This document shows positions 10,317 to 21,949 of a stretch of DNA of 32,191 nt, piece by piece. Each line of letters begins with the position of its first letter. Position 1 is the stretch's first letter. Source of the DNA: Ginkgo biloba. Taxonomy: Eukaryota; Plantae; Ginkgophyta. The notes below the pieces were generated by a model, which ran no database searches, had not been told where the DNA came from, and saw only the letters and a list, made by a program, of their open reading frames with translations. Position numbers and translations under genes: made by a program. The DNA lies in NCBI GenBank assembly GCA_024626585.2, contig JANKJI020000002.1, positions 229,933,565-229,965,755 of the forward strand, written 5' to 3'.

Positions 10317-12355
10317 AATGTTGGTGAAATGTGGGTACTCGATGGGACCCACTTAAAACAACGGGGAAGGTTAATTGTTATTCATTGAATAAGCATGCAT
10401 TAATTACACAAATAGAAATAAGTCATGAAAATCTCAGAAGTAATTGGGGTACAAAGGAATCTTCATNNNNNNNNNNNNNNNNNNNNNNNNNNNNNNNNNN
10501 NNNNNNNNNNNNNNNNNNNNNNNNNNNNNNNNNNNNNNNNNNNNNNNNNNNNNNNNNNNNNNNNNNCGAGTATAATGAAGAAGTTGGTTGTCTATCCTTT
10601 GACAATGTGTCATCACTAAGGATATATTGCTTACAAAGATGGATTTGGTCCCAACCATCAATCAATAAATTACATGTGATGAAGACACATGTAGCCCCAA
10701 ATTTTGAGCTAATTGTTCTACACATGGCATGCATTCAACATGCGCACATGATCTATGTTCAAGGGTGGTCATTGTGAGTCACATTGACAATTTGACACCT
10801 AAGGCATGCTAATAACATGATGATAGCATGATGGCTAGAGGAAGCATCAATTTTCAACCATGCTTTGAGGATTATGCAAATCAATGAGGTACGACATGTA
10901 ATGAACCAAGTTAATAGGGGAGGATCTAGTAGTAATCAACCATGTTGGGTTAAAAAGGTAGCAAATAATAGGTTAACTATATTAGTTGAATATTAGTTGA
11001 TTAGGTAGTTAAGTATTACTGAATTAGTTAATTACATGAAAGGTTATGACTTTGCATCCTTTAAGGTAAACTCACTATAAACCCCAAAAGGATTTGTTGT
11101 AACAACATTATTGGATTACACATCATTTGTGTCTTAGTACCTTTTGGACACTTTGGTGTATTATTTTGGAGAGTAACTTTCTTGAATAAGTTGTTAATAT
11201 CGTACATACAAGTTTTACCACATTTAGAATCATCAATTATGATCCATCAAGCCTAATTTCAATAATGGCAATAGGTGACCATGCGCAGTTCTAATGGAAG
11301 TCATTTGTTCTTTGAAGATAATAATGGTGGTGACTTCTTGCTCTTAGGTTGGTATGAGGTGGTGTTGTATTTAATTGACTGTAGTGGTTGAAATGTTTGT
11401 TTTCCTTTTCCAATAGTAGATTTTGGAATACCAATGATTGTGTGCTTCTCAATCCACATTCTAATCCAAATGGCACTCATCCTTTACATAGCCATCACTT
11501 CCTTTCAAGGAATCTTAATTCATACCATCATAGTCTAATCATGCAATCAATTCCATCATTATATGCATGCAATGTGCATATATTGCAATAACCACAAGGA
11601 TTTTTAAGAACTGAAGGTCAACTGAATAATACCAAATTACTTTCACAATCTCCTATTATAGATGTCTTACTCTTAGATAGATAACATGCATCTTCAGAGA
11701 TGTCTCAAATTTATCCTCACCCACTCGAAGTTGTGGGATTATTTGAAATACTCGAAGTTGCAAGTCCCTGAATTGCAACTTGCCACTTGTAAACTAATTT
11801 CTCCTTTGGTTAATATATGTAGCATTTTTTTGTCATTATTCCTAATATAATTTTGACAACAATTGTTTTGTATATGTTCGAACAGTGTTCTAATAAGCAC
11901 ATGGGAACTTGTGTGTTGTAGCTTTACAATAAAAAACATGGTCAAAATCTATCAAAGAATGTTTGAAAATTACTTTCAAAAGTTAGCAAGAAATTTAATG
12001 AGAGCAATATATATTTTCTAATCATCATTTGAAAACAAATTTTCCATATTTCCATAAAATGATTTACAATTCAAACAGGATGGGTGATAGTCATTAGGTT
12101 GATAAGGAAGATACTTTTTAGATTAAAGATTTAATATTTTACTCTACCTTGAGATACAAGTGGTCACATACAAAGTTTATCTCATTTAGCACTAACCACA
12201 AGTGCTCTCATACAATAGTATGGTGGAAAACACAACTCATAGTAGACCTTGGGATCTTCTACTAAACTATAACCAACCCATTCTATTCTAAGATGCTTAT
12301 AGTGATCTGAAGAACATAAGTTGCCCTAGAAAAGGTTCAAAGGTACCAACACATT

Positions 12356-12686
12356 CTTTTTTGTGACGCTATGGTATGTAAAGACAATGTAGTAGAGTAC
12401 CCCTATTATATTTGTCCTACTTTGTTTGAAGTACTATTTTAAGCAATCAATTTTTTCTATTGAGACTAGCTTTTGTTTAATTTTAAATTGTAGTTCCTAT
12501 TCTTGCATTGAGTGTTGGCTTTTTTGTGATGCTATGGTATGTAACGACAAATGCAGTTGAGTACCCTATTATATTTGTCCTACTTTGCATGAAGTACTAT
12601 TGAAGTAATCATTTTTTGCTATTGGGACTAAGTTTTGTTTAATTTTAAATTATAGTTCCTATTCTAGCATTGAGTGTTGGCTTTTT
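12356..12686. repeat. Direct tandem duplication, 2 x ~163 bp
   Basis: GCTATGGTATGTA at 12368 and 12531; GAGTGTTGGCT at 12510 and 12672. The copies are colinear with scattered substitutions. Confidence 0.92.
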
Positions 12687-13184
12687 AGCCTTAACACCTC
12701 ATGCCCAAAGTTTCTAGAAAGCCAAAAATCACCAAACAATAATGACTTCAGAACAATTTGGTCCTAACTAGTGGGAGAGGACAACTACCAAAGTTTCGTT
12801 TAAGGAACTCTAAACGTTTGGTAAAAACTAGAACTCTCAATTGTAGAATGAATATTTGCAATCTTCATTGTGCCAACAAATGATTAAATAGGAACCTTAC
12901 ATGTCTTGGAATCACACATTACAAATGCACATTGTGCAAAAGTTGTTTTGTAGTGGAGGAAGATTGTTGTGATCTCCAATCAATCCTTAGGCCTTTACTG
13001 TGCAGAGTGGGGGAGGTTAATGAAGTTGCTACACTGGCAACCATGTGCAAGCTGCTGCAAATGGCATTTACGTTTGACTTTGAGCAGGAGAGAAGGTGCT
13101 ATGGTATGGACAAGTTCAATACCAAAGTGACTAAAAAAATTGCAAACATTTCTGAGACCTTTGTGGAGGATGGATTGGCTTAGA

Positions 13185-14231
13185 ATGAAGGAAATGTTGA
13201 GGAGGAAGCAACACACAATCCAAGTATGGTAGTTATTGTGGAATTGGATGAATTCTTGGTTCAACAGGAAGTTGAGAATGTCAAGAAAAGGGTTTTGGTT
13301 GGTATTTATGTGGGTAGATCAACTTCTTTGAAATTATTCGATGAAAATTAATTAGGTCCCAAAAGGGATCAAATTTGAGCTTCTTGACTCGAGGAATTTT
13401 TGCATTTTCTTTTTCTATTGAAATTTGTGTAGCTAGGTTTTTGAAATAGAATGCTTGGTTGTGTGGTAGAAGCATGTTTATTATGCAAGAATGGTTGCCT
13501 AAACTTCCCCCCTCTAAAGTTAATTGGTTTTTTAATCTAGTGTGGGATGAAATTGAAGGGCTTCATATCAATTTGTGCAAATTCTTGCCTGGAATCATAG
13601 TACAAATTGGTAAATTTGTTGCTATAGAAGAACATGTAACAAAATTTATTAACATACCCAATTCTAGGACTTGCGTTTTTGTCAATTTAGCAAAAAACAT
13701 TAGCAGAAGAATTGGAAATTAAAAGTGGTAACAATAAGTCCAAATACAAAGTTTCCTTATTATGGTCTGCCTAATGCCTACTATAAATGTAGAGAACAAG
13801 CACATAGGGTAATGGATTGTCCTTTATTAAGACCTAATTATCCTGTTATGGTTAAAAAAGATAATTCAATGTGGAACACTATAGAGAAGAATTTTTAGGT
13901 TATAGAAGACAAAAAGAAAGAAGAAATAATAAAAAATTATGTGGAAAAAGAATCCTTATATGATGTTCTTAATTCCTCTACTAGTTTAGAATTAAATGAG
14001 ATGTCCCCTAGGCCCATCTCTATTTCACCTGTGAAAGGAAGCTCAATAAGAATACCTATTAAAGTTGATAAGACTAATGATTCTAAAAAGGAAGCCCAAG
14101 TTGCTTGGGAGAAATTTAATTTCCCTCCTATTGCTTCGAAGGTTTAGTTTTTAGGGAAAAATCAATTTGAAGTTTTTGAGAATCTTTCCTCTGATAATTA
14201 ACATAATAATTACTTCTTGGAATGTAAGAGG
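13185..14231 (+). mobile_element. L1-type LINE relic: ORF1 (DUF4283-like and zinc knuckle) plus first codons of ORF2
   Basis: VLVGIYVGR..LTRGIFAFSF..WLCGRSMFIMQEWLP..VWDEIEGL..IGKFV..RTCVFVNL, then YGLPNAYYKCREQAHRVMDCP (decayed CCHC). The APE start motif ITSWNVRG follows at ~14209-14232. Confidence 0.8.
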
Positions 14232-14312
14232 TGTTGGAATTGAAAGTGCACACATACTCTCAAAGTATTGGCATACGCCTCCACTCTGATATAGCTATCA
14301 CAACATCATGAA
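14232..14312 (-). repeat. 3' (U5) end of an LTR, same family as 28388+
   Basis: TGTTGGAATTGAAAGTGCACACATACTCTCA..GGCATACGCCTCCACT..CATCATGAA aligns by eye to TGTTAGAATTAGAGTGTGCAACATACTCTCA..GGCATGAGCCTCCACT..CATCATGAA at 28388, which abuts a minus-strand PBS. Confidence 0.7.
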
Positions 14313-14765
14313 TTTTAGGAATAATGTTTAATTCCTAAGTAATTAGGAATATTATTTCTAGCATTTAATTCTCCTAAGTTGAAGTTAGCACATTGTTGAG
14401 GGTTTTAGGGTCATACACTTTTGTAACTCCTAAATCCATGTGTCATTCTTCTCTTTGGTGTCCTCCTTTCAATTTTTTATTATTTCCTCTCATGCATGCA
14501 TGTAACCCCCATTTTTGAGGTGTCATCTTGTAGATTGCAACTCTTCCTCCATCATCTTGTATAAATAGATTCATTTTTCTCCACTCTCCATTGAAATGAG
14601 CGTTGAGTTGGAGTAGTGATCTCACAACCATTTTGTGAGATTTACTTGTGAGCTACTTTTTCGAGTAATACAAGAAATGTTTCTTGTATGAGTGTCTTGT
14701 CTTGTGTTGTAGGAATTTGCTCATTGTGTCCAATTGCTCCTAAATTCCTAACATGGTATCAGAGC
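14313..14765 (+). mobile_element. 5' LTR (14313..14753) plus tRNA-iMet PBS (14754..14765) of an LTR retrotransposon, probably copia-like
   Basis: Inverted termini T(T)TTAGGAAT ... ATTCCTAACA, TATAAATA at 14560, and a perfect TGGTATCAGAGC directly after CA. The internal region is lost in the gap. Confidence 0.85.
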
Positions 14766-15345
14766 ATTGTTGATACCTAAGGCTGTGTTGTTCTANNNNN
14801 NNNNNNNNNNNNNNNNNNNNNNNNNNNNNNNNNNNNNNNNNNNNNNNNNNNNNNNNNNNNNNNNNNNNNNNNNNNNNNNNNNNNNNNNNNNNNNNCATAT
14901 CAACACCTTTATATATTCGTCAACATAATATTTAAGTGTGCATAGTATAAAGGAGCCACGAAAGAAGCCAAAATAAAAAAAGCCCAATGGACACGGTCAT
15001 CCAAAAATAAATGACTACAATGGCATCGATGGACAACAAATGCATATGCATATGACAGTGTAGCGCACAATAATTTTCAATGGAGTGTACAACAACTTTC
15101 AATTGTCTGTAGGCAGATATACAAAAATATCGCCGTAATTTTTCGTTGCCAGCAAGAAAATGTTTTACAAGAGTATATACATCACATTATTACGAAAATC
15201 AATCAATAACTGGTGTGGTGGAAGACGGAGGGAACAAGTAGTGCTAACGATGGAAAGGAACATTGCAAGCTTTATATACACGAGACATCACTGCATCCCA
15301 AACCTATAATGTTCCACCATACATATGGATATTTAATCGATTTCA

Positions 15346-15919
15346 TCAGAATTGGGCTTCTTGGAATGTCTGACCGAATTCCCAGTTTGAGGGGCGGACG
15401 TTGTACGAAACGGTCGTCCTGCCGTCGCTGGTGGTGAGCTTGAACGAAAGACTGCCCGTTCATGTAAGAATTGCTTTCCCAATTCTGCCCCTAATTGCGA
15501 GACATTGGCTGCCATCCAGTCTTTGACCCGAACACCATGCACATTTCCTTCTCCTCCAACGTTGCTGACGAGCACCAAGTTGAAGCATGAATGGTCGTTT
15601 ATGGTAAACCGGATTCCTCCCTTCTTCAGGCATGGCACCCTGGTCAACATTAATCCAACAAATCCAATTAAGCAACAAGGAGATGAAATAGGTACATAGA
15701 ATTCACTTTCATGAAGAACAAATGAAGGCTACCTTATGAAGAGGATGGGTACGATGCCACTGCTGTACTTGGCAATCTGCTGGTAAGCAGGCTGCGCCAT
15801 ATCGAAGTGCCGCAAAGGCGGGTTACACCTTCCGACATTGTCGTTGGAAAGAGCATTGTTTGGCGGGCAAAAATTGGTAGCAGTGACGATTGTGCTGGGC
15901 ACCCACCATTGTGGGTCGT
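15346..15919 (-). pseudogene. EXPA: Alpha-expansin pseudogene, copy B (3' part of exon 2 15919..15733, GT-AG intron, exon 3 15639..15346)
   Basis: [21 protein letters not shown] / [54 protein letters not shown]. Exon 3 has two frameshifts and TGG>TAG at 15493..15491. Conserved C and GGW residues are substituted. Confidence 0.93.
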
Positions 15920-16019
15920 NNNNNNNNNNNNNNNNNNNNNNNNNNNNNNNNNNNNNNNNNNNNNNNNNNNNNNNNNNNNNNNNNNNNNNNNNNNNNNNNN
16001 NNNNNNNNNNNNNNNNNNN

Positions 16020-16863
16020 CATCTCCTGCTCCTCCCACGTTGCTGACGAGCACCAAGTTGAAGTATGAATGGCCGTTTACGGTAAACCGGATTCCTCCCT
16101 TCTTCAGGCATGGCACCCTGTTCATCATAAATCGAACAACTCCAATTAAGTAACAAGGAGATGAAATAGGTGTATAGAATTCGCTAATGTATTCATGAAG
16201 AACCAATGAAGGCTACCTTCGGAAGAGGATGGGGACGATGCCACTGCTGTACTTGGCGATCTGCTGGTAAGCAGGCTCCGCCATATCGAAGTGCTGCAAA
16301 GGCGGGTTACACCATCCGCCATTGTCGTTGGGAAGAGCATTGTTTGGCGGGCAGAAATTGGTAGCAGTGACGACGACTGTGCCGGGCAAGCACCATTGTG
16401 GGTCGTCATTGCATTTCATTTCGTAGCAGGCTCCGCAGGTAAGTCCATTGTTAAATAACGCAGTGCTAAGTGCAGCAGTGTTGGTTCCATAGCCTTGGCT
16501 ATACAGATTTCCATATCCACACGCGCCTCCTGCACACATTTTATAGAGAAATTCGTGGTCTACGACAACACTCAACTAGAAAACAACTGGTGGCTTAAAT
16601 ATTGGAATGTTGTTAATGAACGTCGAAACATCGAGAGGGAATCTCTACATCACGATTAAAACTGGTATAATTAGGGACTCAAATGAGAGATCAAGCTCGT
16701 ATTATTCTATCCTTGTGGACATACTCATTGTGCCGAAAGCGTCGCTGCCACTGGAGAAATTGGCATGTGTCATTTGCCAGCGATCATGTCCCAAAGCGCT
16801 AGTTATCAGCGACAAGAAGATCAACAATGTAGATATAAGTGCTTTGCTTTATGTTGGCGCTAT
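16020..16863 (-). pseudogene. EXPA: Alpha-expansin copy A (exon 1 16863..16725, exon 2 16529..16217, exon 3 from 16117 into gap), 5' end inactivated
   Basis: Exon 2 is intact: [49 protein letters not shown]. Introns are GT-AG at canonical EXPA positions. Exon 1 encodes a signal-peptide-like stretch but has ATA at the expected start, TAA at 16851..16849, and HANFSSGSDAFGTMR in place of HATFYGGSDASGTMG. Confidence 0.9.
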
Positions 16864-16934
16864 TAAGTTGTGTTGAACAAATGTAGATGATATCAGACAT
16901 TGATTGTACAGTCGCATGGTAGCGGTCGTTCATT

Positions 16935-17042
16935 ATTTGTTTGGATCTCTTGTCGAACCTTTCAATTTGTTCGTAGAATCTTTTAGTTTGTTCCTCGAAC
17001 TCTTGAATTCGTTCGTTGAAGTTTTTTAATTTGTTCATCTAC
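16935..17042 (-). repeat. Degenerate 21-bp (heptad-coding) tandem repeat, ~5 units
   Basis: Translates as (DEQIKK)F-NERIQEF-EEQTKRF-YEQIERF-DKRSKQI, with Phe every 7 residues; the first unit is offset by one base. Confidence 0.55.
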
Positions 17043-17152
17043 AACCTTAGTCCATTACTTCGTAGCCTCTACTTCATTCATTGATAGCTTTTATTCGTTT
17101 GGTGATAGTCAATGAGAAATAAAACGAAGAGTACAACCTAGATTCTACCCAG

Positions 17153-17819
17153 TGTAATAGTCCTACCTTGGTCCTTTTTAGAGTACTCACCCTAATGATT
17201 TGAGTTCTCCAGAAGTTTTAGAAGCCTCCTCAAGCAAAACCGTCACTTGTCCAAGCTCTATGAATTCAATAAATATGTGATGCAGTGCAGGTACAATTTG
17301 TATACATAGTTAATGCACAACAACATGCACACATAGCCCAAATCAGCAAAACAACCTCAGAAAAGCAACGACTTCCTTCCAAAGATTCATTGGGCCTCCA
17401 GAATGCTCTGCAATTGCTGCAAACCCTTCCAATAAGGGCACTTTCCATTATAGAAGCCAATTGGGATCTTTCTCCTCAAGAAAACCCTCAGCAAGCTATT
17501 AATAACTCAGTAAAACCTCCACAGCCAAGCTCAAAATAGAAAAAAGCTGGAAATAGTGACTTCTATAGCAACAAAATGATAGCCAGAATGCAGATAAAGG
17601 CTCATAGAATGCAAATGCCCTCAAAGGCAAGTACAAGAGACAATAATTATTTATTCTTAACGTTCCCTCTATAACCCCTCTTAAATACTAAAAGAGCATC
17701 TGATTACCACCTATAGCCGAGCTCACTCCTAGGGTTGCCCAAAACCCTAAGAAACCTTTGTGGTAGAATGCAATGACAATTTAACCTCTAATAGGTGGCA
17801 CCTTAGGTTGAGATGATTG
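17153..17819. repeat. Possible LTR fragment
   Basis: Starts TGTAATAGTCC, is non-coding with strand-biased composition, and has a TATTTAAG-like box on the minus strand near 17680. No second terminus or clear PBS is visible. Confidence 0.3.
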
Positions 17820-20702
17820 NNNNNNNNNNNNNNNNNNNNNNNNNNNNNNNNNNNNNNNNNNNNNNNNNNNNNNNNNNNNNNNNNNNNNNNNNNNNNNNNN
17901 NNNNNNNNNNNNNNNNNNNAAAAATGAATGATACTAAGTGAGTTTTATGTATTGTACCTAAATAAATAATTTTAAACCCATATTAGCTATAAATTCTCAA
18001 CTTGTTAATTTAGAAAACTTGAACTCTTAAATATTGGATTTGAAGGTTCATATTACATGGAAGGAGGACCACCCTTGCCCTTTCAAATTTGATCCTATAG
18101 TATACTTTGGAAAGTAGAGTTGACTTGGAAGAGAAGATGAGAGTAGTAATATGGCTAAGGGAGAGTCGAGGAGTAGTGGTGTAATAAAGGAGAGTCATGG
18201 GGAGAGAAGAAGAAGTGTCAAGGAGAAGTGAAAGTGTCGAGGATAAGTAGGGATGTTGTTGTCAACTTCTTCTTCGGGTTAAAGATCATGCCACTGTGAC
18301 ATCACTTTTGCACCATCGCCAGGCTTATTTGGTGAGTGCATTCACACCAGATAATAGATGATGTTAGAAAAAGCTAGCAAATGTTGTTAGGGAGAGTGGC
18401 GTCGATGAAAGTGAGCAGTGAGATTTGCCTTAACTTGGCGTCGATGACATGGAACCAATGCCACGATGGAAATTCATTAGGTTGGCATGCAACCAAAACT
18501 AGTCAATAACTTTTGTTGTAGCGTACAAATTACGTTTCCCTGCCCTATTTCTCCCGCTTGGTAGTTTACTTTTGGAACCACAAAGAAAATTCAAAGAGTT
18601 GTTCTTTTCTTCAAAACAATGTGGCTTAGATGATGAGGTGAACCCCAGAGAGAGTGAGTTGAAGGGGCTAGAGTTTGTGAAGCATCCACGAATTTCTGAA
18701 ATGTCTCAAACGAGGGTGATTGCTAGCTAACTGGTTAGACTAGAATCTGCTATTTGAACTTCTCTTTGCTCTCAAAAGTCTACAGGGAAGAGAGTAATCA
18801 ATTCTTTTTGGTTAAGGTGGTGTTGCAAATATTCTTCACTATTGGATTTTTTGGTCTTTTCCAAGTGGGTTTTATTGAATTCATTCCTGAACTTGCATTA
18901 AGCACTTATAATCCTTCCTTTCTTATGGGTGATGGGTTATCATTATTACAAGGGAATAGACCAAGGTTTTCATGAAGAAGACGAATCTAAGTTGATGGTG
19001 TCTACAAAGGTTTCTAAAGTTTAGCATAGAGTAATGACTTATAGCTTATTGGACAGATTTGGATCCAAGTTACAAAGAGATAGGAGTGGGTACAGGAAAT
19101 AACACTTTTTAGAATTCCAAGGTACAGGGGNNNNNNNNNNNNNNNNNNNNNNNNNNNNNNNNNNNNNNNNNNNNNNNNNNNNNNNNNNNNNNNNNNNNNN
19201 NNNNNNNNNNNNNNNNNNNNNNNNNNNNNNCATGATGTACTCTTGAATAACTTTTTAAAATATTGAGAATAATTATATTAGAGGTTTCCACCCTCAAAGT
19301 GGATTGTTATAAATAATATTTTACATCCAATTGTGTCTATTTTCTATGATTGTGTGATAAGGTTTATTGCAATGATAATATTAAATTTGAAAAGAGAAGC
19401 AACCCATTTTCAATGCCTAGTATTTGTATATTGGATTGAGCCTCTAAATACTAAAGTGGATTATGGTTAGGAGGTATACTGCTCATATTAACAAGGAAGT
19501 ATTTTCTCTATTTATTTATTAATTAGATGGATGCATATATCTCCTTGTCATATGTAGAGTACCTTTGCACTATTTTCAAAAATATTTCTAAAGGTAGGTA
19601 ATTGACTCATCTTGTTGGATTACGACTACTCCTAGTGTATATATTGATGCATCAACTTCAATCTCAAATGATAATATGCTATAAATTAATTTGAAAATAG
19701 GTTAATTACTAATTATATGCTTTAGCTACTCAAAATATCTCCATTATTTCTTTACCCAATGAAAGTTGTATTTCCCTATGTTAGAGAATTACGTAGTGAG
19801 GCTATCTCTAAATAACATACAATAAAATTTCTTAAGTAATCCCATAAATCATCTAAGATCCTATACATTATATGGTTTTATCTAATTATGTATATATTAT
19901 ATTTTTGTAGGCTCTATCCTTATCCCTACTCTATCTACCTTGAAGACTAGATAGATCAATGCACTCATGATAAAAGTGCACTTATTGAGGTTTTTTTAAA
20001 GATGTTAATTTTCATATGTTTCAAGAATTATTTTAATATGTTGTAAATGATATTCTTAATTTTGATTATAAATCAAAATTTCATCAAAGTAGATAATAAA
20101 AAGTAAATCTAGATAAGGTCTAAGAACCTCATCCATCAACCTCATAATGGTTGTTGTTGTGTTCATAAACATAACTTAATCCTAAAATACTAAATTATCC
20201 ATAAATAATATTTGAAAATATGCCAAAATAGTTAAAACAATCCTAAAGAGTGAAATTCTTAAAGACAAAGGCTAAATAATCCTAAATTTAGCTTAATTAA
20301 GCAATTAAATAAATGGTGCCTAAGTTTAGAAGATTAATATAGGTTAATTAAGGATGAACATCACCTCCCCTTTAAGAATTATGGATCTTAAGATAGGACA
20401 CCTTATTTTAAAGTATAAATAGGTATTATTTCACCTTCTTTTCATCATCAAATCATAACATATTATCCTCTCTTCTTCTTCTAGAATATTCTTACTCTTT
20501 TGGGTAGTAGGTGCTCCCAATTTTATAACATTTTGTGGTGGAAGGATACTGACACCTTGTATTGCATATTTCTTTCTAAAATTTTTATGACATTTTGTTC
20601 ATNNNNNNNNNNNNNNNNNNNNNNNNNNNNNNNNNNNNNNNNNNNNNNNNNNNNNNNNNNNNNNNNNNNNNNNNNNNNNNNNNNNNNNNNNNNNNNNNNN
20701 NN

Positions 20703-20922
20703 ACATGTTGGTAAATATATATTAAAGGAATTCTACCCTTCCTTATCTAAATTAATGAATGGGTAATACTTAATTAGCTTCATCTTTAAGTTCTCCCCCT
20801 TAATTTATATTTCCTTAAATATATCTAACCATAGTCTATGTACCACTTGAAATTGATGGTCTTCTCTATGCTTTCTGTGTTTAGCCTTATATTTTTCGTA
20901 ATTTTTTAACAAAATATATCTT
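20703..20922 (-). pseudogene. Ty3/gypsy integrase C-terminal (GPY/F) fragment
   Basis: YKAKHRKHREDHQFQVVHRLWLDIFKEI..KMKLIKYYPFI..NSFNIYLP resembles the K..D.HR..F.VGD.VWL..KL..YGPF..N...LP pattern. Confidence 0.65.
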
Positions 20923-21084
20923 NNNNNNNNNNNNNNNNNNNNNNNNNNNNNNNNNNNNNNNNNNNNNNNNNNNNNNNNNATACAATATTTATACAAGTCA
21001 TTAGAATAACAATTTGATCTTGTTAAAGGCCTCCTTGGCCTCATTTGAATTTCACCCTCTTTTTGAGCCATGTATTAATTAATA

Positions 21085-21515
21085 AGGTCACTTTTATAAA
21101 GTCAGGGATGAATCCCCTCAAGAATTAAAATGAAATATTACACTCCTTTCCTTCCTAATGGTAAATGGAATTCCTTGATAGTTTCTATTCTATCTTGGCC
21201 AATATAAGTTCCATCTTTAGAGACTATATGGCCCAATAATATTCCACCTATCACCCTGAGTACTGACTTCTTTGGGTTTAAGGAGATACCCCACTCCCTA
21301 CCCATTTGAAATACCTATATTAGATGTGTTTCATGGACCTATTAGATTTTTAAAAAAACTATAAGGTCATCCAGGTAAACGACCACCATCTTTCCAATCA
21401 ATTCTTGAAAGGCAATGTCCATAGCCTTACGAAATATGGCTTCTACATTAATTAATCCAAATAACATTCACTTCTGTTTGAAGGTACCATAAAATGTTGT
21501 GAAGGTCATTTTCTA
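21085..21515 (-). pseudogene. Ty3/gypsy reverse transcriptase fragment (Tat/Athila-like)
   Basis: KMTFTTFYGTF..MLFGLINVEAIFRKAMDIAFQELIGKMVVVYLDDLIVF..GISLNPKKS..LLGHIVSKDG..FIPDF, with YLDD at 21377..21366 and multiple stops. Confidence 0.9.
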
Positions 21516-21949
21516 TCTATCTCATTCTTCTTCTATATAGCATTCCCCTAGTAGGTCCACCTCTAGTTTTGACTTATTTCTAATGTTATACTAAATTTCT
21601 TGAATAACTCACTTAAGAGATTTTTACTTAGATGACCCCAACTTAGGTGACTCATGGATATTGAAAAGGTCCTCAAGATAAATAAGACCCTTTAGGATCG
21701 TATTTGTCCTTAGCTTAATAACTCCATCCTTTATGAAGTTAGTAGTTCTTTCTTTAAAAATGTCTCCTATCTATAACTTCCTAGTTGCATTATTGGTATT
21801 AAGACCATCTTCTATTTACTTCCCACATTGTTGGGAGATAACAGTTGAATTGATTTATATAACTAAGATATAACTAGGATCATTTCCTACCTTTGTGGTT
21901 ACAGTAAGAATATTACCTCCACTTGTAGAAAAGTTAAAAAATAGGTCAA

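Larger units (their letters stand above)
7021..10466 (-). mobile_element. 5' half of an Athila-like (non-chromovirus) Ty3/gypsy LTR retrotransposon
   Basis: LTR end ...CACCAACA at 10319, a TT spacer, PBS TGGTTCCGTTGCC, a ~660-nt leader, then a long gag frame. Both ends are bounded by gaps and the upstream LTR limit is uncertain. Confidence 0.75.

Noticed and set aside
10331-10777. ORFs spanning N runs, here and elsewhere in the window
   Set aside because: Artefacts of translating through assembly gaps.
16213-16575. ORF-track 120-aa expansin as a complete intact CDS
   Set aside because: It is exon 2 plus intron-1 read-through. The spliced gene lacks a start codon and has a stop in exon 1.
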